NCBI RefSeq assembly: GCF_009914755.1
Contig: NC_060933.1
From: the human T2T-CHM13v2.0 reference genome, Homo sapiens
Strand: one strand, 5' to 3'
DNA length: 64,000 bases
Both the position numbers and the translations under genes were made by a program. Shown here one piece after another: positions 15,512 through 38,255 of the stretch. The notes beneath the pieces are model-generated. The model ran no database searches and was not told the origin of the DNA. It was given only the letters and a program-made list of their open reading frames with translations. Position 1 is the stretch's first letter. Each line of letters begins with the position of its first letter.

Positions 15512-16168
15512 TATGCTCATCCAGTATTTTTAGCACATGGTATTGGAATGCGGGAAAGGCCATGGGGGCCCCTCTGTTTTCAGACCCTCCATGCCTCCTC
15601 CAGTCCCTCTACCTCTTGACCCTGCCAGCCTGTCAACCTGTCCTGACCTCACTCCCCCCTGCACCCCCATCTGTTCCTGTCCTCTCCTGCTGTATCTTAT
15701 CCTGGATCTGAAGCCAGCCTAGCTCTGGGCTCCCCTGCTCCTGTCCTGGGGCTTCTGAGGGACCCAGTGGGCCCTGCTCAGCTGCCTCTCCCCCACCATA
15801 TCTGGGCTATTTCACATTTTCTCAGACTTCCCCAAAGCTGCTCTGTACTCTTTTTTTTTTTTTTAAATCAGCAAATGGCTTGATCTGCTGCTTGATAGGT
15901 AAAATAATCAACACTTCCTATGTTCAGCTCACCCTCTTGTCCCTCTTACCACCAGACCCATTAACCACCCGTGTATCCACATATCACCCCTTGGCTGGGG
16001 TGGGGTCCTCTCCTTCCTGGAGGACACCTCCACTTCTGCACCAATCCAGCTGTCCAGCCTATTCAGGTACTTTACTCTGTCCTTTTTCTCTGTCCTTTAT
16101 CTTCAGCCCATCCCTCTCTCAGCCTATAAACATACTGAAGTTTCTCCACTGAAAACAACACAAAATGA

Positions 16169-16576
<408 letters not shown>

Positions 16577-16686
16577 TGGTCTGCCTTCTTACCCTGTACC
16601 CTCTCCTGGGGCCTTCTCCTCTGTCGGCTTTGACTTCGGCCCTTATGTCTACAATTCTTCAGGTTTTCTCCTTTATCAACTCTAGA

Positions 16687-16855
16687 ACAGAGTTCTCCAG
16701 GGGAAATACAATACAAGCCATCTGTATAATTTAAATTTTTCTAGTATCCACATTAAAAAGGTAAAAAGCAACAGGTGAAATTAATTTTAATAATTAACCT
16801 ACATAGCAAAAATCCTATTTCAAGATGCAATCAATGTAAAATTATTAGGATATTC
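16687..16855 (+). mobile_element. MER33-like hAT-Charlie DNA transposon fragment
   Basis: aaatttttctagtatccacattaaaaaggtaaaaagcaacaggtgaaattaattttaataat resembles the recalled MER33 consensus. Confidence 0.7.
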
Positions 16856-16856
16856 T

Positions 16857-17478
<622 letters not shown>

Positions 17479-17679
17479 AGAGGCACAAGAAAGCAAGGCA
17501 TGCATGGAGCAGCGCAGTTGTTTTGTTTGAGGCCATCTGGCACAGGTAACTGCCTGGATTTAATCCTGGCTCACCATGTACAGGCTGTGTGACCTTGGAC
17601 AAGCCATTCAAGTTCTCTAAGCTTCAGATTACCCATCTGTCAAGTGGGGGAGAATAATAGTGCTTAACTGTCATTTGCA

Positions 17680-18560
17680 ACATCTGAGTTTCTGGCTCGG
17701 CCAACGGGGATGGGGAACATAGAGTGAGGAGCAGGTGTGCTGTGAGATGGCGAATCTTCAACAGAGCCTGAGACGTCCGTGGAACACCAGGAGAGTTGCA
17801 GTGGGGATTTGCAAATAGGCATCTGGCTCCCCCACGGAGATGACGGGAATTTCACCGCATCAGGCATAGCTGAGACTGTCTACGTGGTAAAACCATGCCT
17901 GAAAAGACCTTTGGAAAATCAGGAGGTTGCTGGAGCCCTTGGAGAGAGCTTTGGTGTCTGTGACATGTGGAAATGGAAGCCAGATTGAGGAGGGGGTGCG
18001 AGGGAAGGGGTGAAGCAGCTGGCCAGTGTGTTCTCTCCTGCAGCCTGACTGAAACAGGGAGGGGGCAACCAGGAACCCACAGCTGGAGAAGGACACTGGG
18101 CAGGGGTGGGACAGTTTGCTGGGAAGGATGAGACTCCAGTGTGTGGGAACCGATCAATGGGAGGATGGAAGGTATGGGGGAGACGGAGGCCTCTGCAGAG
18201 GGAGAGGATAGCACAGGAGCCAGGGCTGAAGGGAACAGTGGCTCTAGACTGAGGGTAATGGGCCTGAAGGTAGGCCCCTTCCCCTGTGAAGGCAGCATTA
18301 TCTGAGGAGCCGTGAGGGATGGGCAAGAAGCAGCAGCTTGGGAATGCCGCCTGAGGTCAGTGGAAATGAAGCTGAGGGCAAGACAGTTAGGGCCCCACTG
18401 TTCCAGCATTGTGGGAATTGCGGTGGAGTGTGTGCGTGTGTAGGGAGGGGTTCCTGGCAGAGTCAGGCATGGATGGATTTGGAGGTCCCTTGAAGAAACT
18501 TCCTTCAGGTCAGCCTGAAGTGTGAGGGACTCTGAGGGGGTGCAATGCATGCCAGCCATC
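17680..18560 (-). mobile_element. L2 fragment
   Basis: Degraded purine-rich antisense L2-like sequence (gaggtcagtggaaatgaa). Confidence 0.45.
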
Positions 18561-18878
18561 CCCTCCTCGCAGCTCTGCCTCACCCCAAAACTTCAGGTGG
18601 GCCTGGGGCTGAGGTGCTTGGATGTTTGTAGTAAGAGCTTCTAACTCTGCTGCTCCATCCGGCTCTCAGTGGCTCAGGTCTGAGAGGCCTCAGCAGGGGC
18701 AAGGAGAGGAGGCAGTGAGGAGGGAAGGCTCTGGAGGAAGAGGGCATGGCAGAGGGTCTTCGAGGCAACGCCAGGGAGGCCCAGGGCATGGGGGTGAGGA
18801 GCTAGAACTGAGCTCTGAGCCCTCCTCTGAGGTTGGGGCTTCTGGGCAGGCAGCCCCCTTAGAGGCCCTCCCTTGTAG

Positions 18879-19002
18879 GTATTCGGCCTTGGTTCCGTGG
18901 CCCATATGCTTCTAAATAAAACATTTGGGAGCTACCTTGGTGTCAACTTGGGTTTTGTCTTCGGAGTCACCATGGGAGTGCACATGGCAGGCCGCACCTC
19001 TG
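18879..19002 (+). pseudogene. AQP7P: AQP7P exon 4
   Basis: VFGLGSVAHMLLNKTFGSYLGVNLGFVFGVTMGVHMAGRTS; 124 nt; canonical splice sites. Confidence 0.95.
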
Positions 19003-19429
19003 GTGAGTGAGCCCAGGCCCTGCCGGACCGGGCAAGACCAGGTGTCCCCAACAGGCTCTTTCCTGCCCGCCTCAGCCAGCTCCTTTGCCAGCACAGCCAG
19101 TGCCTCAGCCTGGCCACCGGGCGGGAGGAAGTCTCCTCTGAACCCCGTGCCTATGACGTGTCTGCCCCAGATTCTTCCTGGCCCCCCCGACCTACCATTT
19201 TCACTGGCTGGGTCATCTTAGGCAAGCCATCGCCTCTGTGTTCCTCAGTTTCCTTAAGAGTGAAAGGAAGACGGTGGCCCCTGCCTCACGGGGTGGTTGT
19301 GAGGGCTCAAGGAGAGAACTCTGTCACGGAGCATGCTGTCATACACACTAGCCATCGTTGTTCTCATACTGTTTGTCACTGTTGTTTGTTCTGCTCTCAC
19401 TCCCTGACACACTTGCCTGCTGCCCGCAG

Positions 19430-19567
19430 GAGCCCACATGAACGCAGCTGTGAGCTTCACTAACTGTGCACTGGGCCGTGTGCCCTGGAGGAAGTTTCCA
19501 GTCTATGTGCTGGGGCAGTTCCTGGGCTCCTTCCTGGCAGCTGCCACCATCTACAGTCTCTTCTACA
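19430..19567 (+). pseudogene. AQP7P: AQP7P exon 5 (NAA motif)
   Basis: GAHMNAAVSFTNCALGRVPWRKFPVYVLGQFLGSFLAAATIYSLFY; 138 nt. Confidence 0.95.
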
Positions 19568-19775
19568 GTGAGCGTCCTGCCCGGGTGTCCGCCTCTGGCC
19601 TCAGCTGCCTCCTATGAAATATGGGCAGATTGGACCTCAGTGTCCTGATTTGTAAAAAATAGCTGGGAGAAAAAAGCCTTGGAGGTCTCCCACCCTCTAA
19701 CCTATAACCTAATTTCCGGGACCCTGGTGGGGCTTAGTTGGGGACAGGTTCGCATGATAGTCTGTGTCTCCACAG

Positions 19776-19894
19776 CGGCCATTCTCCACTTTTCGGGTGG
19801 AGAGCTGATGGTGACCGGTCCCGTTGCTACAGCTGGCATTTTTGCCACCTACCTTCCTGATCACATGACATTGTGGCGGGGCTTCCTGAATGAG
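19776..19894 (+). pseudogene. AQP7P: AQP7P exon 6
   Basis: TAILHFSGGELMVTGPVATAGIFATYLPDHMTLWRGFLNE; 119 nt. Confidence 0.95.
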
Positions 19895-20104
19895 GTCAGT
19901 GGTCCAGGATGAGTACCCCTCCCCCTGCCCTCCACCCCTCAGGACGGAGCCAGCAGGGAGTCCCTCCGGATAGACAGGACAAGAACTCTGGATGGAGACT
20001 GTACCAAGATGTGTCTCTGCTGGTGGGCTTGGGTCTGGGGCACTGCCGAGGTCCTGTGGCTTGGGGAGGGGCCCAGGTGAGCTTCCACAGCATCTGCTCC
20101 TCAG

Positions 20105-20323
20105 GAGTGGCTGACCGGGATGCTCCAGCTGTGTCTCTTCGCCATCGTGGACCAGGAGAACAACCCAGCACTGCCAGGAACACACGCACTGGTGATAGGC
20201 ATCCTCGTGGTCATCATCAGGGTGTACCATGGCATGAACACAGGATATGCCATCAATCCGTCCCGGGACCTGCCCCCCCCGCATCTTCACCTTCATTGCT
20301 GGTTGGGGCAAACTGGTCTTCAG
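20105..20323 (+). pseudogene. AQP7P: AQP7P exon 7 (NPS motif; C8 run gives +1 frameshift)
   Basis: EWLTGMLQLCLFAIVDQENNPALPGTHALVIGILVVIIRVYHGMNTGYAINPSRDLPP then shifts; 8 C at 20273-20280 where PPR needs 7; the native IFTFIAGWGK continues in the next frame. Confidence 0.95.
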
Positions 20324-20681
20324 GTACTGCCCCTGCCCAGGCCCATTCCTTTGAGATTTTCTGTGGGGCCCCTGTGTGTTGAGGTGTGGGGGGTGATGTG
20401 AGGGGCAGCACAGGAGGGTCCTGCAGAGCCCCCAGGTGGCCTGGGGAGCAGGAGTGAGTCCCAACATTTCCCCAGGCCAGTACAGATACAGATCCTGCAC
20501 CTGCACTGAGTGTCAACCCTGTCCCTGAATCGGGCTGAGGCTGACCAGGGCCCCGGGTTGGGGGTGTTTCCTGGGTTAGCCTGAGGATGACTCCTCTGCT
20601 CAACCAGTCTTGGCCCGAGGTGGATGAGGGTGCTGTCCTGGGCATCAGCCCCCTCAGCCGGCCTCTGCCTCTTGCCTGCAG

Positions 20682-21005
20682 CGATGGGGAGAACTTGTGG
20701 TGGGTGCCAGTGGTGGCACCACTTCTGGGTGCCTCTCTAGGTGGCATCATCTACCTGGTCTTCATTGGCTCCACCATCCCACGGGAGCCCCTGAAATTGG
20801 AGGACTCTGTGGCATATGAAGACCACGGGATAACCGTATTGCCCAAGATGGGATCTCATGAACCCATGATCTCTCCCCTTACCCTCATCTCCGTGAGCCC
20901 TGCCAACAGATCTTCAGTCCACCCTGCCCCACCCTTACATGAATCCATGGCCCTAGAGCACTTCTAAGCAGAGATTATTTGTGATCCCATCCCTTCCCCA
21001 ATAAA
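20682..21005 (+). pseudogene. AQP7P: AQP7P exon 8 (ancestral stop TAA 20965-20967)
   Basis: DGENLWWVPVVAPLLGASLGGIIYLVFIG...HESMALEHF*; acceptor ctgcAG at 20680-20681. Confidence 0.95.
21000..21005 (+). terminator. Polyadenylation signal AATAAA of AQP7P
   Basis: AATAAA 33 nt after the ancestral stop codon. Confidence 0.75.
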
Positions 21006-22659
21006 GAGAAGCTTGTCCCATAGCAGTACCCCCACTTCCTGGGGGCCTCCTGTGGCTGGGCTTCCCTCCTGGGTTCTTCCAGGAGCTCTAGGGCTATGTC
21101 TTAGCCCAAGGTGTAGAGGTGAGGCACCTCAAGTCTTTCATGCCCTGGGAACTGGGGTGCCCCAGGGAGAGAATGGGGAAGAGCTGACCTGCGCCCTCAG
21201 TAGGAACAAGGTAAGATGAAAGAATGACAGAAACAGAATGAGGGATTTTCAGGCAAGGGGGAAGGAAGGGCAGTTTTGGTGAAAGGACTGTAGCTGACTG
21301 GTGGGGGGCTGGCTTTGGAAATACTTTGAGGGGATCCTGAGACTGGACTCTAGACTCTCCCCTGGTTGTTCCCTTCCCCGAGTTCTGGCCGGTTCTTGGA
21401 CCAGACAAGGCATGGCCCAAGAAGGTAGATCAGAATTTTTTAGCCTTTTTTTCATTAGTGCCTTCCCTAGTATTCTTCCAGATTTTTTTTCTTAATCACA
21501 TGAAATTTTAATACCACAGATATACTATACATCTGTTTATGTTCTGTATATGTTCTGTGCTTTATACGTAAAAAAGAGTAAGATTTTTTTTCACCTCCCC
21601 TTTTAAGAATCAGTTTTAATTCCCTTGAGAATGCTTGTTATAGATTGAAGGCTGGTAAGGGGTTGGGCTCCTCTTTCTTCTTCCTGGTGCCAGAGAGCTC
21701 CCACATGAAGGAATAGGAAAGGAAGATGCAAAGAGGGAAATCCTTCGAACACATGAAGACACAGGAAGAGGCCTCTTAGGGCTCCAAGGGCTCCAGGGAA
21801 GCAGCTGCAGAGGTTGGGTGGGGTGAGGGGCCAGGATCCACTGACCCTGGGGCCAGGCAGGAATCACTCTGTTGCCTGGGGCTCAGAAGGCAGTATCACC
21901 CATGGTTCCTGTCATTGCTCATGTATTTTGCCTTTCAACAATTATTGTGCACCTACTGTGTGCAGGCCCTGCCTGGACACTGGGGATGCGCAGTGGATGC
22001 ACTGGGCTCTGCCTTTGAGGGTTGCAGTTTAATGGGTGACAGATAATTATAAGGAAGAAGGTGAGTGCAGAGTGGGAGGCTTGGAGGCTGTGGGGCTTGG
22101 TGTGGGGGAGCTCACATCCAGCCTCTGGGCCAAGGCCAGGAGGTTTCCCAGAGGAGGAGACAGAGCAGGGTATTGTGGTGGGGGGTGTCCTTTTTGGGGC
22201 TGGGATCTGCACTTTACAGTTTGAGGGGATGGGCAGAGGAGGCTGGGCTTCATTCTGGAGGTGGGGACATGGTGAGGTGAGGTTCAGAAAGCACACCTGA
22301 GCCGCAGTGTGTAGGATGCTGGAAATGGTGGAGATGGGCCTGCGAAGAGAGTGCTGGGAAGTGATGACCCAGTAGCAGCAGCCGGGCACCTAACAATGGG
22401 TCAGCACCGTGGGCGTGGAGACAAGGGCCGGGATTGATCAATACCCGAGAAGTACAATGTACAGGACTTGGGCTCCATTTGGATGGAGTGGGTGAGGGAG
22501 GAGTCAGAAATGGCTTCCGGTTTCCAGCTTGGGCCCGGGGATTGGAGATGTCCCCACTGAGAGTAGGGCACAAGTGAGGAAATGGTTTGGAGAGGAAGAT
22601 GATAAGTTACATCATGGATGTGCTGAGTCTGAGTTGCCTATGGGACTTGGAATGGGGGG

Positions 22660-22840
22660 TGGCAAAAGGTGTGTGATCTTGAGCAAGATATTCAACTCTT
22701 CTGGGCCTTGGTCTTCTCATTTGTAAAACGGTGATAAGAATATTACTTCCCATTTGTGTTGCTGTGAATATTAAATGCGCTACCACATGTAAAATGTTGA
22801 GAATCGTTTCTAGCTCAGAGTAAGTGCTCAATAAACACCA
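22660..22840 (+). mobile_element. MIR
   Basis: tgtgtgatcttgagcaag...ttctcatttgtaaaacgg...gtaagtgctcaataaa. Confidence 0.8.
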
Positions 22841-22974
22841 TTACGCCTTTTATATGGTCTGGAGCTCAGAAGTGGAAGACAGGGTTTTGTGAAGTCATGG
22901 CTTTGTGGATGTAGCTAGATTGTGGAGTAATGGCAGGAGGGTCGGGGGCATGGCACAAGGTAGGTGGTCAAGAG

Positions 22975-23843
<869 letters not shown>

Positions 23844-23845
<2 letters not shown>

Positions 23846-23847
23846 TA

Positions 23848-23901
<54 letters not shown>
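23844..23901. repeat. (TA)n microsatellite at the GC-rich/AT-rich transition
   Basis: Direct reading. Confidence 0.95.
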
Positions 23902-23903
<2 letters not shown>

Positions 23904-25018
23904 CACACACAGATAGATGATTGCTGACAAGGAGTTTCTAAAGATCATATATATATTTTTAGGTAAAATAGAATAACATTCTGCTTCTGGTCTTCATAAT
24001 AAAAGAGAAATCAGGACTAAGAAATCAAGTGTTTATTATATAGAGTTTTAATTTTTATTCTTTTATTTATTGATTTATCTTCTTTAGGCATGTGCAGAGA
24101 TGAACTCACTAATTGTTCAAAATAAACAATTTGAATTCAAAGCAAAGTATATTTTTGGAATATCAATTATCACTTATTGCAGATAAATGATAATATAAAA
24201 CACCAACTTTGGAATTTATTTGTTTTACTTCTGTGACTCTCAGCCTTCTTTTTAAAATATAGTGTATGTTTTAGGTAAGTCCAGACAGCAGCCAGCACTG
24301 CATTTGGTTTAAAATCCAGCTTTATAATGACTTCATCTTTCAACCAGCCAAAGGGTAGTTACCTTGTGTCTGCCATCGTGCATATGCTCTCAGCTCCTGA
24401 CTGAGAAAACATGCCTACAAGCACTTCCCTGCCTGAGATTATATTAAAAATCCATACCTGTGTTAGCAGCATGAGTTCAAGTTGATTATTGTTCTAGATC
24501 TGTGACTTCCCATTCATCCTCCTAAAGATATAAATGATTGCTTTTCAATAGACCACATACATAGGAATGATTATGAAGGCAAGGTTTAGTAACAATAATA
24601 TACATAGTACTCTAATGGGATTGAATTGGAACACCCACATTAAACTCTCTTAAAATATATGGAGCAGAACACATGAGAGAAAGCAAAAGAACAAGTGCAC
24701 ACAGCAGAGCTGCGAGTTGCATACTCTGTGCATGCTAATACCATCGCAACAACATCACTAAGGCTTCTGGGTAACGTTTGCCACATCATATTGTGACGTG
24801 CATTTGTTTTTATATTTTACCCTAAAAGGCAAAATAACTCTCCATGTGATGACAGAAGGAGCACACACAAAAAAAACCCTCTCAGAAATATTAAAATGGT
24901 TGCAGGTAATTCAAATGGTATACTGTTTTAAAAGGTACTTGTCTAAAACTTTAAGTTGGAAAAGCATCTTGGAAGTCATTAGATCCATATATACATTACT
25001 TGAATTGTGACCCTAGCT

Positions 25019-25286
25019 TGACATTTCCATGGTGGGAGACATATTTTATTTAGGAGGCAGCAGTCTATTTAGTTTTTGAGAGCTTAATCGATAGATAGTT
25101 CAGATTTTCTACTGAACCAAAATCTAAATGCTTACCCATTGGTTTTCGTAGCCAACGTCAATATCCAACTGCTCTTTCACACAACATGGCTTCAAAGGCT
25201 ATGTAACTAACATCATGCCACTGCACCTATGTCTTTTTAAAGCCAAGTACCTCTAGTGCCCCTCATTATAGCTCATATTTCAAGGT
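25019..25286 (+). repeat. 268-bp segment, copy 1 (duplicated at 29493-29760)
   Basis: Ungapped alignment at offset 4474, 10 mismatches. Confidence 0.97.
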
Positions 25287-25311
25287 ATCTTTCAGCAACA
25301 ATGAATTGCAT

Positions 25312-25512
25312 TAATCAAACTCACTTTTTTTGCGTGTGCTTCACTTTATAGCTCTTCACAAATAACACATTTTTCACAAATTGAAGGTTTGTGGCAATCT
25401 TGCATCAAGCAAGTCTATTCATTCTATTTTTCCAACAACGTGCTCACCTTGTGTCTCTATTTGACATTTTAGTAATTATCACAACATTTCACATTTTTAA
25501 ATTATTATTATT
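25312..25512 (+). mobile_element. Tigger1 5' fragment
   Basis: acaaattgaaggtttgtggcaatcttgcatcaagcaagtctat matches the recalled Tigger1 consensus. Confidence 0.8.
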
Positions 25513-25514
25513 AT

Positions 25515-25955
25515 TTTAAATATTTTAACTTTTATTTTAGGTTCATGGGAACGTGTGGAGGTTTGTTCTTTAGGTAAATTCGTGACTCAGGGGTTTGATG
25601 TACAGATTATTTTGTCACCTGAGTAGTAAGCATAGTACCCAACAATTTTTTTTTTCCCTGAACCTCACCCATCTCTCATCCTCCTCCCTCAAGCACACCC
25701 TAGTGTCTATTGTGCTGCTCTTTCTGTCAATGTGTTCTCATTATTTAGCTCCCAGTGATAAGTGAAAATAGGGAGTATTGGGTTTTCTGATCCTGTGTTA
25801 CTTTGCTAAGGATAATGGCCTCCAAGCTCCATCCATGTTGCCGCAAAGGACAGATCTCATTCTTTTTTATGGCTGCATAGTAATTCATGGTGTATATGTA
25901 CCGTACTTTCTTTTTCCAGTCTACCACTGATGGGAATTTAAGTTGATTCCTGGGT
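25515..25955 (-). mobile_element. Older L1PA 3' end
   Basis: ttttaacttttattttaggttca...ctcattcttttttatggctgcatagt. Confidence 0.85.
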
Positions 25956-27383
25956 ATCTATTACCTAAATTACATATAAAAGCAGAAAAGAAAAATGACA
26001 AGTAGAACATGAAAGTTAAACAGTATCTTTTCAGGTTCAATGACATAAATATTCTTATTATCTAAAGGTATAAAGTCTAATGTTTTATTTCCTATAGTGC
26101 TTTTATAGCAAAACACTTTTCAGAATTAGATAAACCAGATTGAGGCCCCAGTCTTACTACCTATTAGCTAGGTAAACTTGAGCTTTGGGATTTTCAGATT
26201 CAGATCTTGCAGGCAAATAAGATTTATTTGATATTACTTGAGGATGACAATGTCTATCTTGCAGATTATTATGGTAATGAGTTTATTTATGTGGATTGTT
26301 TTAGAATATTTTAAAACTATGTACAGACCTAAAAAAATCCTCATAATCTTTGCAGAACTGGGGAGGCATACAGGCATAATACAACTGTAAGAGTTACTGT
26401 TTCTCATGCTTTTGTTTTCTAACTGCTCTGGCCACTGTTTTAGAAGGAAGGGTGAATATATGTAAATATTCCTGAAAAAATAAAGTTTTAGAATATTAAA
26501 TTATTACATATTTCATTCAGAATTTTTTGAAAGGTAAAACCAATGATTGAACGTAGTTCATGGGATGATCTGGTCCATATTCATCTACCATGATTTAACA
26601 ATTTTTTTTTCTCATCTATTGATGAGGAAAAAATTAAGGGGAAATGTAGAAATGTAAGGTAAATGATCTGCAAAGAAATACACACAGGAGGTATGTGGGA
26701 ATGTAACAGTGTAGGTCCGCAGGCAAACTAGGTGAAGGAGGAAGGTGAGGAAGAAAGGCATTTAAGACTTACTCTTTCTGTTTTCTTCTCAATTTTAAAG
26801 CCTGATGGAATATAATTTTCTCTACAGTAAATGTTGAATGAAAATCAGTTTTGTATGTGTTAATAATGACTTCACCAAGAGCATTTGAAGCTCTGTCTAT
26901 CATATTTTGATGCTCAAAATAAAACATTGTTTTTATAGCTTAATAGTCTCATACAGTCAATTATTGCCTCCCCTCCAGACTGACACTTTGAACATTATTA
27001 TTAACACTGCTGTCCTTAAACCATCATCGGCCTGCAGTGCAGACAATTTATTGATAGCTAATAAAACAGTGTTCAGATGCTGCCTGAGGGCAGGATTCAG
27101 AATTGTCATACCAATGCATAACCACATTTGATTTTTTGGAACAAGTTCCATTACTTAAAAATTATGGTTTCATTTTCTTATTTTTATATCTAGATTTTAA
27201 CATTATATGCATGCCTATATAAGCATTAAATATGTTATTCAGTTATGTGTGAGTGTAACTCAAATTTCTTGTAATGTGTATGTACAGTTTAATATAAGAC
27301 AGATTATTGATTAGGAAATAGTTAACAATTAATAATAGACATTGGCCAACCTCAATTACTAAACCAGAAAATAAGTTTATTTA

Positions 27384-27441
27384 TTTATTGTATTATTTTT
27401 TTATTATACTTTAAGTTTTAGAGTACATGTGCACAATGTGC
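27384..27441 (-). mobile_element. Extremely 5'-truncated L1PA (58 bp) with 10-bp TSD
   Basis: ttattatactttaagttttagagtacatgtgcacaatgtgc; TSD agtttattta at 27374-27383 and 27442-27451. Confidence 0.85.
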
Positions 27442-27831
27442 AGTTTATTTAAAAGTATTGACTGTTTTTTAGTCACTACACAAATCATCTAAAAGAAAAT
27501 ACCACAGATGAAACCTGCAGATCCACTAACTAGTTATCAGTTTATCAAGACTGATCATGTCCACTCCCTTCAGAAATCACATGGATTTGTGCATTATGCA
27601 GATCTTTTTTGGTCTTCCCCATCTTTTCCCATCCTGAACTAGAAGTAGAAGCCTATTGCATTTTTATCTGGTACTTTCTTTTGCATTTAGTAGAAATACA
27701 TACACATACTACCCTAGGCTACTCCGCAGTACATTAAAATTTCCTTTTGCTTTCCAGTAATTTCAAATATCTCAACTAAATATCTCAGTTGAAAAATCAA
27801 AGTTTTAATTCTTATCCATCTTTCAACATAA

Positions 27832-28167
<336 letters not shown>

Positions 28168-29492
28168 CAGCACTCTTAATAGATATATAAATCTTACTCT
28201 ATTAATTGAACTAAGAACATCTTTATAATTTTCCAAATATCATTTATAATTATTAAATATTAAAACACATTTATTCTGCTTAACAAACTTTGGATCTCCT
28301 CAGAATGCCTAAATATTTTGCCATATGAAGGTTCCAGTGGAAGTTTCAGACAATACATTTTGATGGCAAATGGTGAATTTTCCTATTGAGAAATATGTTG
28401 ATTACAAGAAATAAGAGAGACAGTAGATTTTCAAAACCTTTTCAAACTATTTCAGATGAATATTCAGAATTATTTTACTTATAGATTGCACTCTTCTAAG
28501 GCACTTACATATTCTGACAACTATGTGTTTTTGAAGCAAATTTTGACTGAATTAATAAATGACAGCACAGATCAAAATTTAAAAACTTACAAAATTCTCA
28601 ATAGATTTCACAATTGTGCAAAGTCCCATGCTTTCTTTTAATATTGTATACTTACTATACTTTTAAGGGGTACTTTTTAACAGTTGATTTATTATCAAAT
28701 AAACTTTCTATAATTTGACAGAACAACATAAATTCTTGTTTTTCTCCTTTCTACCTAGAACATACATATGATAGTTGAGAAAGACACATATTCTGATCAT
28801 GAAGAAATAAACACAAGTTAAATATGACTAAGCAGAAAGATGGAAGGACCAGGAACGGTGATGCTAACTTGGAACCACGATGCAGGCTCTAGTCTCCTCT
28901 ACAATCATCCTCCCTTGTGAGAAAAATACGTAAGTCACTTTTAAAATAAATAGAAACCTGAACACACTTCTTAGCTGGTTTAAGTATTTTAAAAACATTG
29001 ATGAATTAAACACAGAAATATGGGGAAATCTCATTACTTACCTTAAATTTTGAAATTTTCTTTACAGATCATGAGTTACTTAATGCTCTTTCACTCCTGA
29101 GTTTACATTGTAAATTAAAGTTATGTCAGCTTTAAAAAATAACCAATTAAAAATAATGATCTAAATTTATACTTTAATTTTAACGAATAGTATTATCTCT
29201 TATTATTTACCTCTGATAAAGTCCAAATGTTTGTAGGCCTATAGCTCTGGTTATATACAATGAAATATCTTTCTCATGAGTGTAGACTATCTAGATTATA
29301 TTTAATGCATTTACTTTTTGAGGAAAAGGAAACCCTTAATAAAATAGCTTCAAATATTTGGTTTTAAAAAATGAGAAAACAAATACATTACAGGACTTTT
29401 GGATTTATCACCAACATGTGAAGGGCTCAGAAGTTGTCATTCCTGGCCTTACAATAATAATAATAATAAAAGCTATACAAATTGAAAATCAA

Positions 29493-29757
29493 TGACATTT
29501 CCACAGTGGGAGACATATTTTATTTAGGAGGTAGCCGTCTATTTAGTTTTTGAGAGCTTAATCGATAGATAGTTCAGGTTTTCTAGTGAACCAAAATCTA
29601 AATGCCTACCCATTGGTTTTGGTAGCCAACGTCAATATCCAACTGCTCTTTCACACAACATGACTTCAAAGGCTATGTAACTAACATCATGTCACTGCAC
29701 CTATGTCTTTTTAAAGCCAAGTACCTCTAGTGCCCCTCATTATAGCTCATATTTCAA

Positions 29758-29760
<3 letters not shown>
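29493..29760 (+). repeat. 268-bp segment, copy 2, fused to the truncated 3' end of an L1
   Basis: See copy 1; ends in GGT shared with L1 ttggttttctgttcc. Confidence 0.97.
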
Positions 29761-38218
<8,458 letters not shown>

Positions 38219-38255
38219 ATTTAACCTTCTTTTCTCATCTAAAGGGGATAAAGGA

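Noticed and set aside
20587-20967. 126-aa ORF as an independent gene
   Set aside because: It is AQP7P exon 8 extended by chance into intron 7 to an ATG; no promoter evidence
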